This document shows positions 1 through 13,897 of a stretch of DNA of 64,000 nt, one piece after another; position 1 is the stretch's first letter, and every line of letters begins with the position of its first letter. Source of the DNA: an uncultured Candidatus Saccharibacteria bacterium (lineage in GTDB: Bacteria > Patescibacteriota > CAZHWT01). Location: positions 381,798-445,797 of the forward strand of contig CAZKPX010000001.1 of assembly GCA_964554805.1 (NCBI GenBank), in the 5' to 3' direction. The position numbers and the translations under genes were made by a program. A model generated the notes under the pieces. It was given only the letters and a program-made list of their open reading frames with translations, searched no databases and had not been told where the DNA came from.

Positions 1-147
1 AATTCGTCGATGGAGCCTGATCGTCCGTCTGCTTCTGAGGCCCAGTAGGGCAACTGTTGCCAGATTTCTTGCTGGGATTGGCTGTAAGCCTGGATTCGTT
101 CAACAAGCTCTGCAATGTCGCGCGACAGGGTTGTGGCGGTGTCCATG
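1..147 (-). CDS. N-terminal end of an unidentified protein; the rest of the gene lies upstream of the window
   Basis: Reverse complement of 1-147 reads MDTATTLSRDIAELVERIQAYSQSQQEIWQQLPYW... with ATG at complement of 145-147 and an AAGGAG ribosome-binding site at about 153-160; product not recognised. Confidence 0.45.
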
Positions 148-337
148 TCCGATCTCCTTGAGTATGGCTCCCCAATGGATGCCGATAGTAGTATACAGTG
201 AGAAGTGAGAAGAGAGAAGAAAGAAGATTTAAAAACTTAAAGCTAAGTACTAGCCTTGCAGAGAGAAAAACTCTTCTGTCGTCATTGCTGAGCTATCAAT
301 AGTAGACACAAGACTCAAGACAGTAGACAATAGAGCC

Positions 338-613
338 ATGTTGATATTGATGGAATGGCCTTGGTTGTGGGTATTGTTGGGGGTAGGGTTGATGGTGTGG
401 GGGAATGGGTTGATGGGGTTTGGGTGGCGGGATTGGGTGGAGTTTTGGATCAGCTGGCCGATGACTTTGTTCAGCGAAGATACGGTTAAGGAGAAAAAAG
501 AGCTACGGGAGAAGAGTATGGAGGAGGCGGTGACGGCTAATCCGGGGTGCTTTTTTGTGTTGATTGGGTTTGGGTTGGTGGTGTTTGGAGTGGTGCGGTG
601 GCTAGCTTCTTAG
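338..613 (+). CDS. small Trp/Gly-rich hydrophobic protein, possibly a membrane protein
   Basis: ORF track 91 aa with two hydrophobic segments; a perfect palindromic hairpin follows at 601-639. Confidence 0.4.
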   Translation: MLILMEWPWLWVLLGVGLMVWGNGLMGFGWRDWVEFWISWPMTLFSEDTVKEKKELREKSMEEAVTANPGCFFVLIGFGLVVFGVVRWLAS

Positions 614-639
614 CAGCGAAAAGCTGCTAAGAAGCTAGC
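601..639. terminator. perfect palindromic hairpin (gctagcttcttagcagc gaaaa gctgctaagaagctagc)
   Basis: 17-bp perfect stem read directly; no clear T-tract, so it may act in either orientation. Confidence 0.4.
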
Positions 640-848
640 GAGACACGAGCTTCTGTCTTTGTCATCCTGGAGTGAAACGATAGGATCTTTGTTATAGTAT
701 TAAGCCAATAAGATCCTATACTTCGTGGCGAAAGGCTAGCGCCCATGGTTTTGCAAATAGCTAGCGGGATTGACGTGGGGCTGATTTTTGATATTCCATA
801 TCTGCTGCCAAGCAGGTATACTGAAATTGTGCGGGAAATGTAACGGGA

Positions 849-990
849 AGGCAAAAGGTAAAGGGTAAAGGGTAAAGGGCAAAGGGCAAAGGGCAAAGGT
901 TGCATAAATGGTAAAAGGCTTGCCATGTGCTCCACTTAGATTTTTAATTTCGTATTTTCATTTTTGCTTTTTGCCTTTTGGTTTTTGATT
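849..990. repeat. Family A palindromic element, copy A1: tandem GGCAAAG/GGTAAAG heptamers, an AT-rich loop, then reverse-complement CTTTGCC heptamers
   Basis: Inverted repeat read directly; same architecture at 2040-2193, 47071-47178 and 52496-52958. Confidence 0.8.
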
Positions 991-2039
991 TAACTTCTAT
1001 GTTTGAACCTAAGTATTCTATTAGCTTGAAAATGATGAAGGATGTGGCGGCTATCGAGGCGGCACGGGAGATGATTGCCAATGCGTCACTGGTGCCGGCC
1101 TGGGAGAGGCAGTTTCGGGAAGAGGCTGCTATGCGGCAAGTATTTCACTCGACTCATATTGAGGGCAATGAGTTGAGTTTTACGGAGGCCAGTCGGGTAT
1201 ATCGGCAGGGGGAAGATGCAGAGGTGTCGGCCCGGGATCGGGATGTGCAGGAAGTTATAAATTATAGGCAGGTTATTGACTATATCAATGCATATCAGAC
1301 TATATCTATAGATGTCGAAACATTGCTTCTGATTCATGCGATGGTGGTGGCTAAGTTGTTGCCGGATAATCAGGCTGGGCATTTGCGGAATGAAGGGGTG
1401 GCGATTATTAGCAATCAAACCAGGCAGGCTGTTTTTACTCCTCCGACCGCCAATGAGGTGCCGAGTCTGGTGGATGAGCTGTTTGACTGGCTAGGTAGTC
1501 AGGAGATGGAGCAGATTCCGGCGCCACTGGTGGCGGGGATTTTGCATTATGAGTTGGTGCGGATTCATCCGTTTGTAGATGGTAACGGACGGACATCGAG
1601 GATAATGGCTTTGCTGGTTTTGTATAGTCAGGGTTATGATATGAAGCAGTTTTTCTGTTTGGATGAGTATTATGACCGTGACCCGGCAAGCTATTATGCG
1701 GCTTTGCAAAAAACGAATGAGACGGGGGATATGACGGAGTGGCTGGAGTATTTTGTAGAGGGCTTGTCGATTGAGTTTAGCCGGGTTAAGAATCGGGTGA
1801 TTGAGTTGAGCCGAGATCATGCCTTGAGGCTGAAGAGAGGGCAGATACGGCTGAATGACCGGCAGATTAAACTGTTGAGCTATTTGGAGCAGTATGAGGT
1901 GGTGGCGAATCCTGAGTTTAAGGATATCTTCCCGGGAGTGTCGGATGATACGGTGTTGCGGGATATTAAGGATTTGATGGAGAAAAGACTGGTGAAGAAG
2001 CGGGGGAAGACTAAGGCGGCTTATTATGTGCTGAGTTAG
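978..2039 (+). CDS. Fic (filamentation induced by cAMP) family protein, class II, with an N-terminal inhibitory motif and a C-terminal winged-helix-like region
   Basis: Fic catalytic motif HPFVDGNGRTSR (consensus HxFx[DE]GNGRxxR); upstream STHIEGN matches the [ST]xxxE[GN] inhibitory helix; the first ATG lies inside the repeat arm, so the start could be the ATG at about 1009. Confidence 0.85.
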   Translation: MVFDLTSMFEPKYSISLKMMKDVAAIEAAREMIANASLVPAWERQFREEAAMRQVFHSTHIEGNELSFTEASRVYRQGEDAEVSARDRDVQEVINYRQVIDYINAYQTISIDVETLLLIHAMVVAKLLPDNQAGHLRNEGVAIISNQTRQAVFTPPTANEVPSLVDELFDWLGSQEMEQIPAPLVAGILHYELVRIHPFVDGNGRTSRIMALLVLYSQGYDMKQFFCLDEYYDRDPASYYAALQKTNETGDMTEWLEYFVEGLSIEFSRVKNRVIELSRDHALRLKRGQIRLNDRQIKLLSYLEQYEVVANPEFKDIFPGVSDDTVLRDIKDLMEKRLVKKRGKTKAAYYVLS

Positions 2040-2193
2040 GGGGAAAGGGAAAGGGAAAGGGAAAGGCAAAGGGCAAGGGAAAGGCAAAGGGCAAAGGGCA
2101 AAAGGCAAAAATTAAAGTAGAAAATCAAAATGCCTGCCAATACTTTTGACCTTAAATTTTAATTTTTGCCTTTTGCCCTTTGCCTTTTGATTT
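2040..2193. repeat. Family A palindromic element, copy A2: GGGAAAG/GGCAAAG heptamers, an AT-rich loop, then inverted CTTTGCC arm
   Basis: Read directly; arms are reverse complements (ggcaaaaattaaagt ... ttaatttttgcc). Confidence 0.8.
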
Positions 2194-2256
2194 ATCAGTA
2201 CCTTTTTATGCGATAATAGGGTTAAGATGTGGTGGAGCTATTGTTTATATCAGAGA

Positions 2257-4012
2257 GGTAGACTGCATGTTGTTTAGAGATTTTACGCAGAAACTGGAAA
2301 TTATTGAGCAGACCAGCAAAAGGAATGAATTGGTGGTGCTGTTGTCGGAGTTATTTACTCAGGCGGGTGCTGAGGAGATACAGCAGTTGGTCTATATGTG
2401 TCAGGGGCGGCTGGTGCCGTTTTTTGAGCCGCTGGAGATTGGGATGGGGGAAAGACTGGTGGCGGCGGCGATTGCGCTGGCTGATGGTGGGACTCAGGAG
2501 GCGGTTTTGAAGCGACTGGGGGAGTTGGGGGATATGGGGTTGACGGCGCAAGAGCGACGAGCGACGAGCGACGAGCGACGAGATCTGACTTTGCTGGAGG
2601 TGTATCGGGGGTTGAGGGATATTGCTGAGACGAGCGGGGTGGGGTCGACTGAGGCTAAGATTGGGGGGTTGGCGGAGTTGTTGAAACAGATGGATCCGGT
2701 TAGTGCCAAGCATTTGGCTCGTATTCCGTTGGGGACCTTGCGGTTGGGGATTGGAGATCCGACTATTTTGGATGGATTTTCTTTTGCTAAGGCTGGAGAC
2801 AAGAGTTTGCGGAAGCCGTTGGAGCGAGCATATAACGAAACCAGCGATTTGGGCATGATTGGTAAGGTGCTGTGGGGGGAGGGAATTGAGGGAGTGGATG
2901 GGTTGAGAGTGTCGGTGGGGCGGCCTTTGCGGTCTCAGTTGCCGGAACGTTTGCCGACGCCGATTAAGGTGCTGGAGAAGATGGGGCCGGTGTTAACTCA
3001 GACTAAGTTTGATGGTTTTAGGACTCAAATTCACAAAATCGGTGACAAGGTGGAGATTTTCTCGCGTAATTTGGAAGATATGACGGGGATGTTCCCTGAG
3101 ATAACTGAAGCTGTTAGTAAGTATGTTAAGGCTGAGACAGCTATTTTGGATGGGGAAGCGTTGGCTTTTAATGGAGAGAGTGGGGAATTTTATCCATTTC
3201 AAGAAACCACTAAGCGGCGTCGGAAGCATAATATTGAGGCTGCTGCTGCTGCCTTACCGCTGAAAGCCTTTTTATTTGATCTGCTGTATGTTGATGGTCA
3301 GCCGATGATTGATAAACCGTTGTTGGAACGACTGGACAGACTAAAGGAGGTTGTAGAAGATCCGACAGATACGTTGTTGATTGCTGAGAGTAAGGTTTAT
3401 GATGAGTCTGAGGAGTTGCAGTTGAGGCTGAGTGAGGCGATTACGGCTGGTCTGGAGGGATTGGTGGTTAAGAGGCCTGATTCTGTGTATACGGCGGGAG
3501 CTCGTAACTTTAATTGGGTTAAGTTGAAGCGACACTCGAATGGTGAGCTGCATGACACGATTGATTGTGTGGTATTGGGCTATATTTATGGTCGGGGTAA
3601 GCGGACTTCGTTTGGAGCGGGGGCGTTGTTGGTGGGGATTTATGATGCTGAGGCGGATGAGTTTAAGAGTGTTAGCAAGATAGGGACTGGTTTGAGTGAT
3701 ATTGAGTGGCAGGAGATTCGTGAGCGTTGCGACAAGATTACTTCTGAAGTTAAGCCGGCTCGGATTGATTCGCAGATTACTCCTTCGGTGTGGGTGGAGC
3801 CTGAGGTGGTAATTGAGGTATTGGCTGATGAGATTACTCGATCGCCGATGCATACGGCTGGCAAGGATGGAACTGAGCCTGGTTATGCCTTGAGATTTCC
3901 TCGATTGGTGAGTTTTAGGGATGACGACAAGCAAGCTGAGGATGCCACGACGGTAGAGGAATTAAAGAAGATGTATACTCAACAGGTAATTGATTCTGGG
4001 TCCATTGCTTGA
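2257..4012 (+). CDS. lig: ATP-dependent DNA ligase of the Lig1-like type with an N-terminal DNA-binding domain
   Basis: Adenylation motif I KFDGFR (KxDGxR), EGLVVK motif and WVKLK motif V; the track ORF starts at 2180 inside the repeat, so the likely start is the ATG at 2257 (MLFRDFTQKLE). Confidence 0.85.
2552..2583 (+). repeat. (GCGACGA)x4 heptamer microsatellite inside the ligase coding sequence
   Basis: agagcgacgagcgacgagcgacgagcgacgag read directly; 28 nt, so it is frame-neutral only as a set of three units; encodes ERRATSDERRD. Confidence 0.85.
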
Positions 4013-4239
4013 TTTTAAAGCTAATAGTGCTGAGTATATTATGTATGCTAAAAGTGGATTATTTTGATTATATATTATACTCAATTTGGAGTTCTGGCAC
4101 TTTTGAGCAAAATCTTAAGCGATAACAGTGTGCGACTGCTAGTCTCCTATGTAAATAAAAAATTTCGTTCAATAACTACATAGAATACATGCTATACTTC
4201 TTCCGTGAACCTGCAGTTGCTTCAAGGAAAGGGATAGGT

Positions 4240-4611
4240 ATGGGCGATTCACGACAAAGTAGGGACGAGAGGGTCTGGCGAGATCTTGCGGCAATGTCTG
4301 CTGAAGACCGGGAAAAGCTTTTTTCTTCTTTGGTGGAGGCTAGGGAACTTATCGAACATTGGGGCGGGGCGATTCAGTTCCTGGGTGCTGGAATAGACCG
4401 GTTGCTCTGGCCGGACATGAGCTCTGACTTGGAGTTTTGCGAGGTGATTGCCCAGACGACTAGAGAGACTCCAGAAGAAGTGCGAGATCGTCTACTGGAT
4501 GCCATTCCAGAAGAGCAGCTCGAGCGAGGAGTATCAGAGAGTTGGGCCATCAGGGAGGCTGGATATCCTGAGTACGTATGGAGCAGAACAGAAATCTCCC
4601 TTTCTCGGTGA
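4240..4611 (+). CDS. hypothetical protein; segment is richer in GC than its surroundings
   Basis: ORF track 4189-4611; an AGGAAAGGGA ribosome-binding-site-like stretch precedes the ATG at 4240 (MGDSRQSRDE...); no recognisable motif. Confidence 0.35.
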   Translation: MGDSRQSRDERVWRDLAAMSAEDREKLFSSLVEARELIEHWGGAIQFLGAGIDRLLWPDMSSDLEFCEVIAQTTRETPEEVRDRLLDAIPEEQLERGVSESWAIREAGYPEYVWSRTEISLSR

Positions 4612-4689
4612 AGGGTTGCGCTTCCATCGTCAAACTGAGGCCGTGAAGAGTGCCCCGCTGATATGTTTATTGGCGGGGCTTTCGTTTTA

Positions 4690-4870
4690 TTGTATTGGGG
4701 CTAACCTGTATCCGATATCCGATATCCTATATCCGTGTCTCTATATCCGCCACCGGAAGGTGGTTGGGGTGGGTGGTATCCTGGGGGTCATGGGTATCCG
4801 ATATTCGATATCCCATATCCCATATCCCATATTCGCCACCAGCGGCGGCCTAGCCTTCCGGTACTATTTT
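4690..4870. repeat. cluster of Family B repeats (GATATCCGATATCC units plus gccaccggaaggtgg hairpin)
   Basis: tatccgatatccgatatcctatatccg ... ccgccaccggaaggtgg ... ggtatccgatattcgatatcccatatcccatat read directly; related copies at 9575-9690, 19243-19318, 25596-25651 and 37570-37712. Confidence 0.75.
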
Positions 4871-5269
4871 GGGTGGATTGGGGTGTTGACATGGGAGGTG
4901 ATTTGGGTTATTATCCAGAAGCTTGTTTAACGGCAATGTCTCTGTTAGCCGATCCGGTTAGTTGGGGATTATCCAAAAGCAAGTTTGATTGCGACAATTC
5001 TGTATAAAACTTTGGTTATATATAAGAAGTCGCAGTTTTTCATTAGTAGGTCTTTGTTTAGCTGGTGCTAACTCAGAGAGTGAAGTCCTTTTACAACAAC
5101 ATAACGACAGGAATGCAAGCAAATCTGACGTAATCTAAACGTTCAGATGCATTTCTGAACATGAAATTACGTCAATTTCAAGAGTTAATTACTCCTAAAT
5201 TTAATTTAGGACATGAAACTTCCGATTATTCATGTAACCTTTCGAGGTTTATGGATAACGTACACATTT

Positions 5270-6750
<1,481 letters not shown>

Positions 6751-8038
6751 AAGGAGAAATCTATGTGATTTTCATATCACATGGCAGCTGCATTAACCCC
6801 TCTCACGCGGGGGCAGCATGGTCAACTACTACGTTTTAAGTAATTAGAATATGTAGAACGTTTAAGGTGAAAATCTTAAACTATGGTCTCTAAATTCACC
6901 ATACTCCAAAGAATTTAGGCCACTTCCTGTCGTTATGTTGTTGATAAAGGTTCAATAACAGCCCGTTTGACTCTGTCAGCGGGCTGTGTTGTTGTTATCG
7001 TTGGCTGATTTGAGAATTCAGAGCCTTGTAGGGCTGGTGGTAGCTCGATACGTATGGGCGGTTAATTGTTTGGGCAGTCGGTTAAGGGTAGGCAAGAGGG
7101 TTTGTGCATTGTATTGAATAACCAGGCTACTTGTCGATTATTCAAATGGACTGCATGCTGGGTGATTTCTAAAAACTGTTAATGAATTGAGTTTACTTTC
7201 GTTGTATTTATCAGTTGATAATCAAATCTAGACTCTTGCTATCCCTTTTGATCAATATATTTATACATATAGCGGCTGTGTTAGTATTTCCTTATTGCAG
7301 ATCACTTTTGAGGCTAATACTATTCCTTGTTATTTTATATTAAACACTTATTTGTATATTATTTTTAGTTTATTGTGCTAATTCTTTCTATTTTACTCTT
7401 TGCTGATAGTATATTCTAATGTTATCATGTAACATCTATGATTACTTGATTTTTGTATTATTTAAAATATACTAGTTATTTGTAATCTATAGGGTATGCT
7501 GTTCTTTGTATTGTTGAATATTCTATAGACAATTTTATATCCTGTAATGATTGATACTCTATATATCATTTCTATTATTCTAGACTAATTTCAATAAGTT
7601 CTTAATATTGTTCTATTAGATATATTTGTTTATTTATCGTATTTCGTCTATGATTGCTAGATATTTATCTCTGTATGTTTTCTAATGTGCTGTCTAGCTC
7701 TATTTATTATATGTAAACTCAGAATGATATTTATCAATAATTAGCTTTTATTGAGTAATGCATCGGATATCTTTTGTATCATATTTTGATATTCTATAGT
7801 TTGTTGTTATTGTAACATTATAATGGCTTTAGTATCTTTATCAGTATAATTATATTTTTAATGTTTTAATATTTTGATTGTTTGATCGACTGGCATGATG
7901 TTGTAGAATTGTGTTTAAAGTGACTGTTGCTAGAGAAGATAGATTCTGGTATAGTACGCCATGTCTTTAGGCTTTAGATGACCATCTATTGTTACGCATG
8001 GCGTGTGTTTGATACATATTAAGTAACAGTTACATAGT

Positions 8039-8112
8039 GGCCTCTTGGCCGAGTAGTTAGGCAGCGGTCTGCAAAACCGCGTACAGCGGTGCAAATCCGC
8101 TAGAGGCCTCCA
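8039..8112 (+). tRNA. tRNA-Cys (anticodon GCA), 74 nt with encoded CCA
   Basis: Cloverleaf folded by hand: acceptor ggcctct/agaggcc, anticodon stem gcggt/accgc, loop ctGCAaa, T-arm agcgg-tgcaaat-ccgct, discriminator U73 as expected for Cys. Confidence 0.75.
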
Positions 8113-8311
8113 AAAAATTTGCAGAGCAAATTTTTGAAGTGACGAGTACGAGCGACGAGCACAAAACAATATGATCTAAATAGAATAGTTGCTCAGCTGC
8201 ATAGGTCATGACAATGACCGGTAAATAATAATAAACGAGCGCTTGCGCTCTGGCCAGCAGAGTAGCGGCTTCATTGATAGTTAGTGGTAGCAGTTGAATA
8301 TATCCTTTCGA

Positions 8312-8388
8312 GGGCGATTAGCTCAGCTGGTTAGAGCGCAGATCTGATAAGTCTGAGGTCCATGGTTCGAGTCCATGATCGCCCACCA
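8312..8388 (+). tRNA. tRNA-Ile (anticodon GAT)
   Basis: gggcgattagctcagctggttagagcgcag-atctGATaagtct...ggttcgagtcc...atcgcccacca; typical rRNA-spacer tRNA. Confidence 0.9.
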
Positions 8389-8557
8389 TTTAAGATTTAT
8401 GATTAGTTGCCGTACGTAGTTAATTGTCAGAGCAATGCAATATATAGTCATTTGTTTGATATGGAAGCCATTTTGAGGCTTGACATAGGGGTAGCGAGGT
8501 GTTATATTTGGTTTCGCGTTAGTTGAGCCTTGCACTCCAGATAATTTAATACTATTT

Positions 8558-8633
8558 GGGGCTGTAGCTCAGTTGGTAGAGCGCCACATTTGCAATGTGG
8601 ATGTCTGGAGTTCGAATCTCCACAGCTCCACCA
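8558..8633 (+). tRNA. tRNA-Ala (anticodon TGC)
   Basis: ggggctgtagctcagttggtagagcgcc...ttTGCaa...ggttcgaatcc...cagctccacca; G3:U70 alanine identity pair present. Confidence 0.9.
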
Positions 8634-8952
8634 GAAAAATTGCCTGGCAATTTTTAGTGAAAAGAGAACAGTAGAAGTGAGAAGTTTAGAAGCGAGAAGT
8701 TTGTTCAGCGTTGGATTGGTTTCGTTAGCCCACCCTAACGGAACCTATCTAGGTCTGAATAAGACTTAGCCGATTCAATGCTTTTAGCTGCGGATTGAGT
8801 ACTTTAACAACCGAAAAACAGATTAAATTTGATTTCTATATTTACGAGCCGTAAATATAGAACCAACGTCTTTTTGTTCTTGGTGTAATCGCGAGATTAC
8901 GCTGGGAAACAATGTAGGAAAACGTCAAATAAATCGATCATCTTAGTAAAAC

Positions 8953-12025
<3,073 letters not shown>

Positions 12026-12198
12026 TTGAGTTTTTCTGTCAATTTATTGATAGAAAACGCTAAGGTGATCAAGAATTTGATTTCTTCTCACTAAGAATAT
12101 TGACGTCGTGTATATCAAATTTAGTGTCTCGCACTCGCGTGACCGCTTCTGTTTTTCGGTTGTTAGGGTATTCACCCTAAGAAATGCTTTGACAATAA

Positions 12199-12321
12199 TG
12201 TCTTGGTGATTGATAGCGCTGGTGTCCCACCTCTTCCCATGCCGAACAGAGTCGTGAAAGCTGGCAGCGCCGATGATACTTGGATCGCAAGGCCCTGGGA
12301 AAATAGGTCATCGCCAGGACA
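12199..12321 (+). rRNA. rrf: 5S ribosomal RNA
   Basis: gtcttggtgattgatagcgctggtgtcccacctcttcccatgccgaacagagtcgtgaaagctggcagcgccgatgatacttgg...catcgccaggac matches the 5S consensus; the two ends pair. Confidence 0.85.
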
Positions 12322-12350
12322 TTGAGGTTAAAGCCGAAAAATACCACTCG

Positions 12351-12378
12351 AAAGGGTGGTATTTTTGTTACTGGTATA
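12351..12378 (+). terminator. rho-independent terminator of the rRNA operon
   Basis: ataccac-tcgaaagg-gtggtat followed by ttttt, read directly after 5S. Confidence 0.75.
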
Positions 12379-12387
12379 ATTAAATCT

Positions 12388-12765
12388 ATGGCATTTCCTG
12401 TTACTCACATTATGGTGGCTCAAAAATTGAAGACTAGAGATTTAATGAATGTCAATGAGAGGGATTTAATTTTAGGTACAAGCTTTCCTGATATACGCTA
12501 TCTGGGGTTAGTGGCAAGGGAGCAAACTCATGTTGAAAGCAGTCTGAGTTATATAGAAGCCTGTCAGACCTTGCCAACTTTTGAGTTGGGGGTATGGTTA
12601 CATATCAGACTTGATCGAGTGCGAGAAGATTTTTATGAGAAGCGAGGCATTTATGATAAGGTTTCTAAAGAGCAGGCAATTTTTAATGCTACGAAGTTAA
12701 TTGAAGATGAACTGTCATTTAATATTATTGGTGATATGAATAAATACGGAATCAATTTTCTCTGA
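12388..12765 (+). CDS. hypothetical protein; the reading frame appears to continue in the +1 frame to 13018, so this may be a frameshifted gene
   Basis: ATG at 12388 (MAFPVTHIMVAQKLK...) preceded by an extended -10 element tggtataat; after the stop at 12763-12765 the +1 frame reads SEVLAQEIVGELTSKDVDRWHGYLSSYVKSSPSVKSYALFARKLGMPESLIMQQAVYYKQIKTDPELFNLVKMFVGQADELVRQS with no stop until 13018. Confidence 0.5.
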   Translation: MAFPVTHIMVAQKLKTRDLMNVNERDLILGTSFPDIRYLGLVAREQTHVESSLSYIEACQTLPTFELGVWLHIRLDRVREDFYEKRGIYDKVSKEQAIFNATKLIEDELSFNIIGDMNKYGINFL

Positions 12766-13101
12766 GGTATTAGCTCAAGAGATTGTTGGCGAATTAACCT
12801 CTAAAGATGTAGACAGATGGCACGGTTATTTAAGTTCTTATGTTAAATCCAGTCCTTCCGTTAAGTCTTATGCATTATTTGCTAGGAAGCTTGGCATGCC
12901 AGAATCTTTAATAATGCAGCAGGCTGTGTATTATAAGCAAATTAAAACTGATCCTGAGCTATTTAACTTGGTGAAGATGTTTGTCGGGCAGGCAGATGAG
13001 CTTGTTCGTCAGAGTTAGAAAAGGTGTAGGATTTTGTAGGACTTTCGGAATGTGAATTGAGCTAACTTTCGGGGAATGATGCAATCTGATAGAGTGGACG
13101 C

Positions 13102-13674
13102 ATGATTACTTTTCGTTTGGTTCATGAAGCTGATTTGCCGATTTTGGCTGACTGGTACAAAGATCGGTTAATTATTGATTGGTACAACAGTGGGGACGAA
13201 TTAGGAGGGCTGGCTTCAGTGGATAGATATGCCAACGAATTTGGACAAGCTTTGGTAATTGAGCTGGATGGTCGGGCTGTTGGTTTGATGGATGTGGAGT
13301 TTGCCGAAGATGGTGTGGTTCATATTGCCTATTTTATTGGGGCAGCTGAGAAGCGAGGGCATGGATGGGGTGAGCAGATTATTGAAGCTTTTAAGATTTA
13401 TGCTGCCAATCGGGACTGGACTACCATCTATGCTAAGGTATGTGTCGTTAATTATCCAAGCTGGCGAAGCCTGGAAGAAGCTGATTTTGTCCTGGTGGAT
13501 CGGAAACCGGCAGTCTATATCTTCAAAAATGCTCCGGCAATAAAGTTTGATGAGATAGTGTGGGGATGGGGCAGTGTTTTTGATGACAAAGTTTCAAGCC
13601 AATTGAAGGTCCAATTGGATCGAGAATCAGCAGATTTAAAGAATTGGTACAGTAGATTACGTAAAAGCAGTTAA
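13102..13674 (+). CDS. GNAT-family N-acetyltransferase
   Basis: Acetyl-CoA-binding-like region IGAAEKRGHGWGEQIIEAFKIYA in a fold of about 190 aa; family call made from motif only. Confidence 0.55.
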   Translation: MITFRLVHEADLPILADWYKDRLIIDWYNSGDELGGLASVDRYANEFGQALVIELDGRAVGLMDVEFAEDGVVHIAYFIGAAEKRGHGWGEQIIEAFKIYAANRDWTTIYAKVCVVNYPSWRSLEEADFVLVDRKPAVYIFKNAPAIKFDEIVWGWGSVFDDKVSSQLKVQLDRESADLKNWYSRLRKSS

Positions 13675-13897
13675 ATATAAAGCGATTGCCTCCTGCTTGC
13701 CTGTTTTGAGGGGCTGGGAGGGGGTTAGGAGTGATTATTGGGGGTGGGTAATGTCTTTTGTTGTCTATAAATTATGGTCTATCTAGGGTGCTTTGGGGCG
13801 GTCTAGGAATGATTTTGATGCGGGTGGATTTGCTTTGAGAATTTTGGTGGAGGTGTGTATAGTTGGAGATGGGCAGTAAAGAAAATAAGGAGGTTGT

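Noticed and set aside
627-2108. Minus-strand ORFs 627-935, 1086-1418, 1435-1689 and 1491-2108
   Set aside because: They are antisense to the Fic gene or span the Family A arms. The CPLPF-rich translation is an artefact of the GGCAAAG repeats.
4448-5007. Plus-strand ORFs 4448-4930 and 4735-5007
   Set aside because: They run through the Family B repeat cluster and give W/G-rich low-complexity translations. They are probably not genes.
8323-8535. Minus-strand ORF overlapping tRNA-Ile and the spacer
   Set aside because: It overlaps well-formed tRNA genes in the rRNA spacer.
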